Virus record (IMG/VR): IMGVR_UViG_3300009435_000019
Coordinates: 1 to 37,635 of that record
Length of the DNA stretch: 37,635 bases
DNA from: a virus
Taxonomy: Duplodnaviria > Caudoviricetes
Strand: one strand, 5' to 3'
Below the pieces are notes generated by a model, which saw only the letters and a list, made by a program, of their open reading frames with translations, was not told the DNA's origin and did not search any database. Both the position numbers and the translations under genes were made by a program. Position 1 is the stretch's first letter. Each line of letters starts with the position of its first letter. Positions 28,144-36,352 of this stretch are shown here, piece by piece.

Positions 28144-28599
28144 CTACTTTATCTCTTCAAAGTAAAATTTATAAAAATTATCCTGCAAAAGGCCGTGCTT
28201 TAAAGGTTCCGATCTACGACTGTACCACCTTCCGTCCCACTCGATCCTTTCTGCGTCTTCAAGTAGAGAGTTGCCTGTTGAATCCGTAATAACCTTCAAT
28301 ATTGTCTGAGAAACTTCTGGTAACGGCTCTGAATTGCTTCCGAAATTTATTTTGTAAAAATTTTCAGATCCATTAACAAAAGATGTTCTGGCATAAAATA
28401 GTCCGCTCTGCTTTGTAGTAACAACTTCGGTATTAAGCGGCGAAGCCCCATAAAATGCATTGTGATTTATATTATGAGAGACCACTGTCTGACCACCTTC
28501 GGAAACTGCATAAAAAGGATTTCTTTTAGCAAAGTTATAATGAAGTTCCGAGAATGCCTCGTTTACCAATGACTCCTGCTCTGCTGATAAATAACTCAT
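28144..28599 (-). CDS. Probable head closure/stopper protein (151 aa)
   Basis: Size, synteny, C-terminal RIEWDGRWY beta pattern typical of head-tail joining proteins (inference). Confidence 0.5.
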   Translation of the reverse strand: MSYLSAEQESLVNEAFSELHYNFAKRNPFYAVSEGGQTVVSHNINHNAFYGASPLNTEVVTTKQSGLFYARTSFVNGSENFYKINFGSNSEPLPEVSQTILKVITDSTGNSLLEDAERIEWDGRWYSRRSEPLKHGLLQDNFYKFYFEEIK

Positions 28600-29054
28600 T
28601 ATTGCCAGTGTCCACTCCAGCTCTGCTTTGTATCTCTTGGTCCGCTCCTATTATGCTTCCACAAATTTGCCAAATCATTGGCTTCTCGATCCGAGTCTTT
28701 AGCCAAATCGTTATAGGCACGAGCAACATCTTTATTATTAACGAAAGAAACGGATGATTGATCGTCTTTAAGAGATAAAAGGTTATTATTGCTAGTCGAA
28801 ATCAAAGAGGTTCTAGCTTTATTTTTATAATAAAACCCGTAATATATAGCTTTTAATATATCTTTTTCGTCGTGCCCAAGCTGCGGGGAATAATCACCAG
28901 AATCGTAAGAGTAGAATGTTGAAATTTTATTGTTTAATTTGCCAACGTTCGACTCTAACCAATAAAAAATACTACCAGTCGTAGGATTAGCTGGTGATTC
29001 CAGTTCTTGATGTATTTCATAGGCTACGCCTGAAAGTGGTTGAAATTCTGCCAT
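28599..29054 (-). CDS. Probable head-tail adaptor (151 aa; start revised to ATG 29054)
   Basis: Helical protein with LSLKDDQSSVSF hairpin typical of adaptors (inference); ATG 29054 lies 7 nt from the promoter hexamer, whereas track start 29060 is only 1 nt from it. Confidence 0.55.
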   Translation of the reverse strand: MAEFQPLSGVAYEIHQELESPANPTTGSIFYWLESNVGKLNNKISTFYSYDSGDYSPQLGHDEKDILKAIYYGFYYKNKARTSLISTSNNNLLSLKDDQSSVSFVNNKDVARAYNDLAKDSDREANDLANLWKHNRSGPRDTKQSWSGHWQ

Positions 29055-29061
29055 GTTCATT

Positions 29062-29089
29062 ATTACACAAAAAGGCGAAGATGGAGAAG
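29062..29089 (-). promoter_or_regulatory. Putative late promoter CTTCTC-N16-TGTAAT
   Basis: 16-nt spacer; 7 nt from ATG at 29054. Confidence 0.65.
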
Positions 29090-29138
29090 CTTATTGGGCT
29101 TGCCTCTTTAATATTCTAAAATATAAGTCGGCAATGTT

Positions 29139-29765
29139 TTAGGGCTTGTAGGCCCAATTCATTAAACTAACATCTCTTTTAGAAGGGCAAAGAATTTTGC
29201 CTCCATCTTTCTTGATAGTAGTTTTTTCTCCTTGTTCTGCGCCTTTCATCCGAGATACAAAGCTTATTGTTCTATTCGCAGATTTAACGTCGCTCATTGT
29301 CCACTCACTCTTCTTTTTGGATAATAATCTCAAATTTCTTTCAATTGGCCCACGAGACAGACTGGCAGTTTTGCTACATGGATTTTCTGACCATTTCTTT
29401 AAGGAGCTATAGCTCATATTTACAGTCTTCTTGTATTTACTGTAAACCTCAGAAATTTTTTCTTCACTATCTTCTGCGATAATTTTTTCAGTTTCTAAAC
29501 CAAACTCTTCACAATAATTGCTGTAATCCTTATCTTCTGCTACTTCGAATTCCCAAAGATCCAAATTAATTTCATAGCCCTTCACGCTTTTTTTAACTTG
29601 CTTGTCGCTAGGCTTCTTACCTTCTTTATTGGTTTTGCCTCCTCGCTTTTCATATTCTTTTAGAATCCACATATTCTTTACATAGGAATCCTTTTCGAAT
29701 TTTTTATCAGCTTCTTTCTTTACTTTTTCGTAAAGATCTTCATTAAGATAAGTTATTTTTGCCAT
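29139..29765 (-). CDS. Two-domain basic protein (208 aa): DUF5872-like N-terminus plus DUF3140-like C-terminus
   Basis: LYEKVKKEADKKF..WILKEYEKRGG and VNMSYSSLKKW..SLMNWAYKP recalled as matching those families; not searched. Confidence 0.55.
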   Translation of the reverse strand: MAKITYLNEDLYEKVKKEADKKFEKDSYVKNMWILKEYEKRGGKTNKEGKKPSDKQVKKSVKGYEINLDLWEFEVAEDKDYSNYCEEFGLETEKIIAEDSEEKISEVYSKYKKTVNMSYSSLKKWSENPCSKTASLSRGPIERNLRLLSKKKSEWTMSDVKSANRTISFVSRMKGAEQGEKTTIKKDGGKILCPSKRDVSLMNWAYKP

Positions 29766-29775
29766 AAAGTTTGTT

Positions 29776-30096
29776 TTATTTACCCTTAGCTAAGATTCTT
29801 TCCAATTCGGCTTGTTTTTTCTTGGTCAATCTTTTCTTTTCTCCAGCCTGTGTAATCTTCTGGCCCGTTTCTTTTCTAAAGGCCTCCACACATCGCTTCT
29901 CAAAGCTTGGACGGCCTTTCGTGCGGTTATTGGGTCTTATTCCGTATTGCGACATGCCATGCCTGTAAAGCGAGTCTACGTCCATCTTGGCAATCTTGCA
30001 TGCGTAATCTACTGCTCCAGAGCAATCTAAAATTACTTGTTTATTCCCTAGAGCCTTATTAAGCTCATTAACTCCTATTCTTCCATTTATTTTCAT
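29776..30096 (-). CDS. Basic hypothetical protein (106 aa)
   Basis: ATG-initiated ORF on the operon strand after a promoter motif; K/R-rich. Confidence 0.7.
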   Translation of the reverse strand: MKINGRIGVNELNKALGNKQVILDCSGAVDYACKIAKMDVDSLYRHGMSQYGIRPNNRTKGRPSFEKRCVEAFRKETGQKITQAGEKKRLTKKKQAELERILAKGK

Positions 30097-30125
30097 GATT
30101 TTCCTTGGTTTTACTTACACTATTC

Positions 30126-30153
30126 TTTACAGTTAAAATGTTTTTTTGTGAAA
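30126..30153 (-). promoter_or_regulatory. Putative late promoter TTTCAC-N16-TGTAAA
   Basis: Exact spacer; restarts transcription after the capsid terminator; second TGTAAG at 30119-30114. Confidence 0.65.
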
Positions 30154-30206
30154 TTTATTGATACTCTATGCCTTTTTAGTGTATAAAGTTTTTTCAAGAA
30201 ATAGAC

Positions 30207-30238
30207 AATAAAAAAGCCCACTCCGAAGAGTGGGCTTT
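30207..30238 (-). terminator. Intrinsic terminator after the major capsid gene
   Basis: 11-bp stem AAAGCCCACTC-TTCG-GAGTGGGCTTT (cUUCGg loop) followed by TTTATT. Confidence 0.9.
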
Positions 30239-30259
30239 AGTAAATGTTTTAAATACCGA

Positions 30260-31408
30260 TTAAACGATAAGACCAAACAGGTTACGAGGCTCTACTGCAA
30301 GATAGCCAACTTCCGCTTCGCCCCACATGCCAGTCTTACCCTCACGAGCAACAAACTGATCATCAGGAGAAACATTGAAGTTTGCACCAGTTTCGCCGTC
30401 TTCGATTTCAACCTTAAGGAGGCCGTTAACATCGACTTTACGAGAAAGACCGAGAACGAACTCTTCAGTTGCACCAGCAAAGCCAGTAGCTGTAGCAGAA
30501 TCGAATTTTTCACCAGCATCAGGATATTCAACCGAACCAGCAAGAGTATCGAAGATAGTATTGAAATCTTGTCCAATACCCATTTCGTTAAGCTGGATGA
30601 TTTCAGTTCCGTAGATGGAAGGGATACCACCAGAAGCATAAACGCTTTCACGAACGCTATCAGGAGCAGCAACTGCTGTTGATTCGTTGCTATCAGGAAC
30701 ACCACGAGTATTCATTGGCTGATAAGCAATTGCACGGATCTCTTCTACCATTTCAGGTGACATGATCAAAGTATCGATAGCACGAGTGCTATTGTCGATA
30801 CCCGATGGTGTATCACCAAGGCCAGAAGTAAGGATACGAGCAGCCATTGTTTGAAGACGGTTAAAGTCATCAAGTCCAAGCTGACCTGCTGTGTTCGAGC
30901 GGATAAGGTGTTTGCCACCGTTAGTTGTCGAATTTGCAAGTGCATCTAGAATTGGCTGGATACCTTGGCGTTTCATCTTGAAGCGGACTTCGTTGATAAG
31001 CTTGCGGATACCATTCTCTGCGTGGGAGATACGACCAGCCTTAAGATACTTCTTATAGAACGCAATTGCGGAACTAATGAAAGCAGTGCTGAAAGCAACA
31101 TCGTCTGCACCAGTAAGTTGGTTGTAAGCAAGATCTCCAGGGCGACTTGAGAACGACACACGAACATAATCTGCATCAGAGATGTTGTGATAGTCATCAA
31201 GAGGGATAGTACGAGGCTCGTACTCACCAACAGAAAGAGTGTCGTAGAAACTATCGATTACGTTTGTTTCATCAAGTACTTTCTTGGCAAGAGGACCGAC
31301 AAGACGGGCGAATACTCTCATTGCTTCACGAGATGCTTCGTTATCACGAGATCCCATAGCTTTGATAAGTTCGATATGTTCAGGTTTTTCTTTTAATTTA
31401 ATTTTCAT
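30260..31408 (-). CDS. Major capsid protein (382 aa, presumed HK97 fold)
   Basis: Size, position after protease and decoration genes, TLIMSPE and IPSIYGTEII P-domain-like motifs, high-expression codon bias (CGT, GCT, TTC), strong terminator. Confidence 0.85.
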   Translation of the reverse strand: MKIKLKEKPEHIELIKAMGSRDNEASREAMRVFARLVGPLAKKVLDETNVIDSFYDTLSVGEYEPRTIPLDDYHNISDADYVRVSFSSRPGDLAYNQLTGADDVAFSTAFISSAIAFYKKYLKAGRISHAENGIRKLINEVRFKMKRQGIQPILDALANSTTNGGKHLIRSNTAGQLGLDDFNRLQTMAARILTSGLGDTPSGIDNSTRAIDTLIMSPEMVEEIRAIAYQPMNTRGVPDSNESTAVAAPDSVRESVYASGGIPSIYGTEIIQLNEMGIGQDFNTIFDTLAGSVEYPDAGEKFDSATATGFAGATEEFVLGLSRKVDVNGLLKVEIEDGETGANFNVSPDDQFVAREGKTGMWGEAEVGYLAVEPRNLFGLIV

Positions 31409-31428
31409 ATAAATAATTCCGTTTATGA

Positions 31429-31998
31429 TTAGAGGGTTAATTCGATGTTAACATCGCCTTGGCGAGTTCCAGCAGAAGAAAGAACTTTTGCTACAACAAG
31501 TCCAGCACCAGCGGTAGCTGGATTGACGACTCTGAATCCACCATTAGCACCAGCAGCAAGGCCAGAGCCGGGCTGAGGGTTGCCATTAACAACACTGCTG
31601 CTAATCCAGAAGTTACCGCGAGTAGCGATTTGGATTGGCTTGCCAGAAGCAACGAAGCCATTCTCATCAGCCCAACGTTGGTTGAAGCCATCGATCTTGT
31701 TGCCGTGGTTGTCAGTAAGTGCAGTTCCTTCGAGTGTGATACCGAGGATACCAGCAGCCAAATCGCCACTAGTAGCTAGTTCAACAGTCCAAGGAGATTG
31801 GAATTGATTAGAGAAGACGCCATCATTAGAAGCGCCAACTGATTGATTTTGAGCGTAGTAAGTGTCGCTGTCAGGGTCAAAAGTTTTAACCTTGACAAGA
31901 TCACCAGCTTCGCCAGTAAAGTCTGCTCTAAGATGCGAACGAATGTCGTACGGAGAGATATTACGAAGGGGTTTTAGTTTTAAGTCTTTGAATGCCAT
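31429..31998 (-). CDS. Capsid decoration/cement protein (189 aa)
   Basis: GDLV..ILGITL..VASGKPIQIATRG beta-tulip-like pattern; Gly/Ala-rich; directly upstream of capsid gene with the same codon bias. Confidence 0.65.
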   Translation of the reverse strand: MAFKDLKLKPLRNISPYDIRSHLRADFTGEAGDLVKVKTFDPDSDTYYAQNQSVGASNDGVFSNQFQSPWTVELATSGDLAAGILGITLEGTALTDNHGNKIDGFNQRWADENGFVASGKPIQIATRGNFWISSSVVNGNPQPGSGLAAGANGGFRVVNPATAGAGLVVAKVLSSAGTRQGDVNIELTL

Positions 31999-32019
31999 AA
32001 TTTTTATTAGTTAAATGTT

Positions 32020-32047
32020 ATTACAATTATTTTTTTACGATGTGAAA
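32020..32047 (-). promoter_or_regulatory. Putative late promoter TTTCAC-N16-TGTAAT for decoration + capsid genes
   Basis: Directly follows the TAA of the protease gene; exact spacer; 21 nt from ATG. Confidence 0.75.
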
Positions 32048-32764
32048 TTATTTTCCTTCAAGCTCTAATTCGAATTCAGTGAATTGATCTGCAAGGGAAA
32101 CTTTTTCTTCATGTTGGGTCGATGCTACTTCTTGTTTTACATCTTCTTGTGCAGATGCAATAAGCTTTGCAGCGTCTTCCTTTTCACGAGATTCTTTTTG
32201 CTCTTCAGTTTCTTCAGTTGAAGATTTGGCTTTAATAGCTTCTTCTTCTTCTTGTTTCTTTTTCATTTCTTCGGCTTTTTTAGCTTTATAGTCTTTAGAC
32301 TTTTCTTTAGCAAAAACCTTGAAATCTTCGAGCCAAGCATCGTAACCACCTTCGTCAAGACTCTTGATTTGTTTAGCAATAACTTTAGAGTCATCAGCTT
32401 CAAGATCATAATCTTTTTCTAGTGCTTCCATACGTTCGCTGAAAATGCGAGTTTGTTCTTCCGCGACAAGTTTGGCTTTAATCTCTTTCAGTTCTTCTTC
32501 AGAAGCTTCGGATTTCTCCTTAAGCTCTGTAAGTTCTGCTTCAATTTTAGCTTTTTCTTCGGCGGCCTTTACTTTCGCTTCTTCGAGTTCTTTCTTCTCA
32601 GTAGCAAACTTGGCGCTCTCATCACGGATCGCATCAGCAATTGCAGAAGCAGTTACTTTATCGAAATTCGCTTCAAGAGAGGCAAGGAGTTTATGATCAA
32701 CTTCTTCGCTTTCGCAAACAGAAGCTAATACAGTTTTATAATCTTCTTGATTTTTAATTTTCAT
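32048..32764 (-). CDS. Predicted nested in-frame scaffold protein (238 aa, MKIKNQEDY...)
   Basis: In-frame ATG (codon 295) at the domain boundary, 13 nt downstream of an internal promoter motif. Confidence 0.6.
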   Translation of the reverse strand: MKIKNQEDYKTVLASVCESEEVDHKLLASLEANFDKVTASAIADAIRDESAKFATEKKELEEAKVKAAEEKAKIEAELTELKEKSEASEEELKEIKAKLVAEEQTRIFSERMEALEKDYDLEADDSKVIAKQIKSLDEGGYDAWLEDFKVFAKEKSKDYKAKKAEEMKKKQEEEEAIKAKSSTEETEEQKESREKEDAAKLIASAQEDVKQEVASTQHEEKVSLADQFTEFELELEGK

Positions 32765-33646
32765 AGCTGTATATTTCTTTACATTTATTTTTTTTGAATG
32801 TGAAATTTCTTTTTTCTTTTTACTTGTTCTTTTAACTTCTTGATCTTCATAATCTTTTGAAGCTTCTACTTTAATTTTCACATCTTCTTCTGTTTCACTA
32901 GTAAGGATACCTTTAACATCAGCGGCAGGATTGCCTACTATACCAGCTCCCAAAAATAGTTTCGGACCTTTTACTAGACGGTAAATTTCTTTACCCTCAT
33001 ATTCTCCAGAGCCGCCGTTATCTTTTAAAAACGGAACACGCTTTTCTATTTCAGATTCATCATCAATTATTTGTGCTTGATTAACAAATTTTGAACCTTC
33101 CATGATCGCGAACTCTTTGAAATAAACTTCCCAACTGAATGATGCTTGCCCATATTTCAAAGAATTTTTATCAGAAGCTTCTACAAGTAATTCGGCCAAA
33201 TCTGGGTTAATACTGCGCCAAACAAAACCGCCACCAGAAGCAACTATTGGTTTGTTCAAATCTTTAATATCTTCTTCTGGAATTAAATTTCTTTCATTCG
33301 CATATTCACGGAATCCATAAGAGAAAAGAGATCCGACGACAACATCTTCATCATGTTCAAGGTTCAAATATTTATGAGGAATTTGCTTGGCCAGTGCTAT
33401 TGTATCTTCAGTTGTGATTGCATGCCCATTTTTATTAGCCATCCCCCCTACCCATAAATCAGCAGAAATATACAGAAGGTCTTTGTTCATCTCTATTTGT
33501 TCTTTAGGTACATCAAGCAATGCTTTCAAAGAATCTAAAGATGCCAGTGCGAGATGTTCATCTCTTTCTTTCGGATGAATAACTTGGTATTCCGCAGTTA
33601 TTTTTGTGGAAAATGGATAATCTTTTTTAATTTGATCTTTATTCAT
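32048..33646 (-). CDS. Prohead protease fused to coiled-coil scaffold (532 aa)
   Basis: ANKNG..LNLEHD..SFSWEV..FLGAGIVGNPAA pattern of HK97/herpes-clan maturation proteases; E/K/A-rich coiled-coil C-terminal half. Confidence 0.8.
   Translation of the reverse strand: MNKDQIKKDYPFSTKITAEYQVIHPKERDEHLALASLDSLKALLDVPKEQIEMNKDLLYISADLWVGGMANKNGHAITTEDTIALAKQIPHKYLNLEHDEDVVVGSLFSYGFREYANERNLIPEEDIKDLNKPIVASGGGFVWRSINPDLAELLVEASDKNSLKYGQASFSWEVYFKEFAIMEGSKFVNQAQIIDDESEIEKRVPFLKDNGGSGEYEGKEIYRLVKGPKLFLGAGIVGNPAADVKGILTSETEEDVKIKVEASKDYEDQEVKRTSKKKKEISHSKKINVKKYTAMKIKNQEDYKTVLASVCESEEVDHKLLASLEANFDKVTASAIADAIRDESAKFATEKKELEEAKVKAAEEKAKIEAELTELKEKSEASEEELKEIKAKLVAEEQTRIFSERMEALEKDYDLEADDSKVIAKQIKSLDEGGYDAWLEDFKVFAKEKSKDYKAKKAEEMKKKQEEEEAIKAKSSTEETEEQKESREKEDAAKLIASAQEDVKQEVASTQHEEKVSLADQFTEFELELEGK
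32778..32805 (-). promoter_or_regulatory. Intragenic putative late promoter TTTCAC-N16-TGTAAA
   Basis: AAATTTCAC (32808-32800), exact 16-nt spacer, TGTAAA (32783-32778) inside the protease ORF. Confidence 0.65.
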
Positions 33647-34056
33647 TAGTAAGTTGCCTCTAAGGATTTGCCTTCATAGCTTGCATAGATTGTACGCTTC
33701 TTAACTTCGTAATCTTCCCCCATGCCCAAAGTTTCAATCGCTGTTTGCATTTGAGATGGTGTTTGGGGGTTAGGTAAGTGACCTTCTTTATGCTCGTAAA
33801 GAGCTTTTGCCAAATAATCGATACGCTGATTCATCCAACTCAACTCTTTATTAATAGAAGAAGACATGCCTTCCATACATCTGGCAATCTTTTCGTCGAT
33901 CTCGTAACTGGAAGTTCCAGATCCCTCTGGTCGATCGGAATAATCATAAGCTAAAGTAACAGTCCCATCGCTATTTTCCTCTATTGACCCCTCTACTTTC
34001 TGCTCCTTTTGAAAAATTTCTGCCACAATTGAATTACTAAATTTTAATTTATTCAT
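33646..34056 (-). CDS. Hypothetical protein (136 aa) between portal and protease
   Basis: Own promoter motif; TAATG coupling to protease. Confidence 0.75.
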   Translation of the reverse strand: MNKLKFSNSIVAEIFQKEQKVEGSIEENSDGTVTLAYDYSDRPEGSGTSSYEIDEKIARCMEGMSSSINKELSWMNQRIDYLAKALYEHKEGHLPNPQTPSQMQTAIETLGMGEDYEVKKRTIYASYEGKSLEATY

Positions 34057-34063
34057 AAATTTT

Positions 34064-34091
34064 ATTACAATTTTTGTTCATTTTGGTGAAA
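34064..34091 (-). promoter_or_regulatory. Putative late promoter TTTCAC-N16-TGTAAT
   Basis: Exact spacer; 7 nt from ATG at 34056. Confidence 0.75.
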
Positions 34092-34152
34092 TTAAAAGCA
34101 CTCAGAGTTATCAATGGTATTACAAAAGTAAAATTATTATATTTGTTTCACT

Positions 34153-36132
34153 TTAATTGCTTGGTGCATCCCTGCGAGAATGCCAGACTAAAGCGCCCAG
34201 AAAAGCGTCTAATTCAAAATCATCACAAATTTTATCGATCTCTTCTTGCATCTTTGGGTCCTCATCAATTGATTTGTTTTTAATCACAGAGGCAACAGCT
34301 TTTCCCCACTCAGTTTTTTTATAATTTTCGACAACCTTTTTCGCAATTGAATTGGCAAAATCAACTTGGGAATCTGTAAGTTTCTTAACCTTGTAACTAC
34401 CCTTGAGTTTTTTAATTACATTTTCTTTAATTTTATCCATCTCTATTAGACAAGATTGTATTTCCTTCAGGGAGATACCCCCGATACCGCCGACAACTCT
34501 GCTTTGTCTAGGTCCGCCAATCGGAACGCCACTACCAGCTGGTCTTCCTCTTTCTTTTTTTATTTCACTTTTACGAGATGAACCAGAATCCTCATCTGTT
34601 GGGTTGTAATTCATTTGTGGTTCATAAAGGCTATCGTTTTTCAATTTACGATACTCTTTTTGATTTTCAAGGCTTTCTGATTTTTCTGGGAGAATACCAT
34701 CTTCGATTGCTGTATTTAACTCTTCTGGAACCAAAAATCCCAATTCGGCCATGCGAGTGTAAACCCTGTTCATTTGGGTTTGGTCTTCAAGGCTAATAGA
34801 AGAGAGTTTTACTGTCGGAGGGTTTGTATATCCCATAGCTTTGCAAATATTCCCGATTTCCCCTTCAATCCATTCTTTGAAAATAGACTGCCCCCTCTTA
34901 AGTCGCTGGCAAAATACCCTAACTTTAGTCATTTGGTTGGAAAACTTCTCGTTGCTGCCAAAAATTGACTGCAATCCTTCGCGAATATCCTCATTTACCT
35001 GAGCATATTTTTCAACTCCTACAACTTTGGTAATATCTGGAATAACATATTCAACTTCAGTAGTGTAATCTGCAACAAGAACTCTCTGGGTTGACTCATT
35101 ATTAAAAAGCTGCCTCATGTAAGCTAAATGCTCTGGGTTGGGAGGCACTTCGTTACCGTCAATTTTATAACCTCCCATAGTGACCTTAAGAATCATATTC
35201 TCCAAGGTCTTTAAAACTTTCCTATCAGCCTTTTTCATTTCAAGCTTTAATTCAATATCGTCTAGGACTCCATAAAAAAGTGGTACTGCAAAATATTCGT
35301 AATCTTGTTTTTGATAAAAAACAGAACTCACGTCTTTAAGAGGTATATAAATAGAAGATGTTTGAGATATTTCAGAACTATTTTTAATCGCTTGTTTTAT
35401 TTCTGGACTTAATTTTTGATACAAAATCTTCTCACTTTGAGTTTGCGGATTTTTCAATCTTTTAATTTCGTAGGGACTTAAAACTTTATAAATGTCCCTG
35501 TCGTTTGTCAAACCCCCATATAAACTTACTTGGGCTGGATTAAGAATCGTATATTTTACTGGTATTTCCGCACTAGATGCATGCATCTTTAAATCTCTAG
35601 CATCTTTCATATTGATCTTCCCTTTCATCGCATACGGGAAAACGTTACAAGATCTATACAATTCTCTATAAAACTGCTCCGCAAATCCATCTATATTAAT
35701 AGCCTTTAGCCAAGTCTCGCAAAAATTTTTAGCACTCTTATTGGGGGACGATAATTTAATTTTTGACATAGAGAATTCGACCATAGCTTCAATGGTGTTG
35801 CGGAATAGCTGGAATTCCTCCCAAGCTTTTTGACAAAGCCATACGGTCTCATTAATTGTAATATAGCCTCCATTATTTTTATAAAGATTCCCTCCACCAG
35901 TTAAATTGGGGAACCTAATCGATAGCTGACTGTTAACCCCTAGAGAGTCTAATCCTCTGCGACTCAAACCACCTTCTACCCATTCGCTACCAGCGAATCC
36001 AACCATTTTGTTATAATCTTCATTAGAAAAGTCAGATCCCAGTGACTTTGTCGGTTCAAATCTCTTCTGCTCATAATATTTCTTCCTATTAGTAAAATAA
36101 AGATTATCTGCCTTGTAATTATTTTTTGCCAT
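34153..36132 (-). CDS. Portal protein (659 aa; start revised to ATG 36132)
   Basis: First gene of the head module; FRNTIEAMVEF, YTILNPAQV, KQDYEYFAVP, KYAQVNEDIREGL portal-like segments and C-terminal RGRP; track TTG start at 36150 falls within the promoter. Confidence 0.8.
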   Translation of the reverse strand: MAKNNYKADNLYFTNRKKYYEQKRFEPTKSLGSDFSNEDYNKMVGFAGSEWVEGGLSRRGLDSLGVNSQLSIRFPNLTGGGNLYKNNGGYITINETVWLCQKAWEEFQLFRNTIEAMVEFSMSKIKLSSPNKSAKNFCETWLKAINIDGFAEQFYRELYRSCNVFPYAMKGKINMKDARDLKMHASSAEIPVKYTILNPAQVSLYGGLTNDRDIYKVLSPYEIKRLKNPQTQSEKILYQKLSPEIKQAIKNSSEISQTSSIYIPLKDVSSVFYQKQDYEYFAVPLFYGVLDDIELKLEMKKADRKVLKTLENMILKVTMGGYKIDGNEVPPNPEHLAYMRQLFNNESTQRVLVADYTTEVEYVIPDITKVVGVEKYAQVNEDIREGLQSIFGSNEKFSNQMTKVRVFCQRLKRGQSIFKEWIEGEIGNICKAMGYTNPPTVKLSSISLEDQTQMNRVYTRMAELGFLVPEELNTAIEDGILPEKSESLENQKEYRKLKNDSLYEPQMNYNPTDEDSGSSRKSEIKKERGRPAGSGVPIGGPRQSRVVGGIGGISLKEIQSCLIEMDKIKENVIKKLKGSYKVKKLTDSQVDFANSIAKKVVENYKKTEWGKAVASVIKNKSIDEDPKMQEEIDKICDDFELDAFLGALVWHSRRDAPSN

Positions 36133-36139
36133 GACAAAT

Positions 36140-36167
36140 GTTACATTCAAAGTGAGATTTTGTGAAA
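36140..36167 (-). promoter_or_regulatory. Putative late promoter TTTCAC-N16-TGTAAC for portal
   Basis: Exact spacer; 7 nt from ATG at 36132. Confidence 0.7.
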
Positions 36168-36234
36168 ATAATGAAGGTAAAAAACAAATTACACAAAGTT
36201 TTTAATAAAAGGCTAGTATAATATGCGATATTAA

Positions 36235-36261
36235 TTTCTACATTTTTCAAAAATGTGTAAT
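36235..36261 (+). promoter_or_regulatory. Putative late promoter TTTCTA-N15-TGTAAT
   Basis: TAATTTCTA then TGTAAT (36256-36261); 8 nt before ATG at 36270; spacer one base short. Confidence 0.55.
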
Positions 36262-36269
36262 ACTAATAT

Positions 36270-36347
36270 ATGGCAGATTTACAAGATTTAATTAAAAATG
36301 GTTTTTACCTTGTAGGTTTTATAACTTTGTTTGATGTCAATATATAG
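36270..36347 (+). CDS. 25-aa ORF MADLQDLIKNGFYLVGFITLFDVNI, possibly the frameshifted N-terminus of the next ORF
   Basis: ATG at promoter-typical distance; TAG at 36345-36347, 5 nt before the next ATG. Confidence 0.4.
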   Translation: MADLQDLIKNGFYLVGFITLFDVNI

Positions 36348-36352
36348 CCACC

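Noticed and set aside
34119-34146. Extra TGTAAT hexamer downstream of portal stop
   Set aside because: Lacks the TTTCWC element at 16 nt and is not adjacent to a start codon; likely chance in AT-rich DNA.
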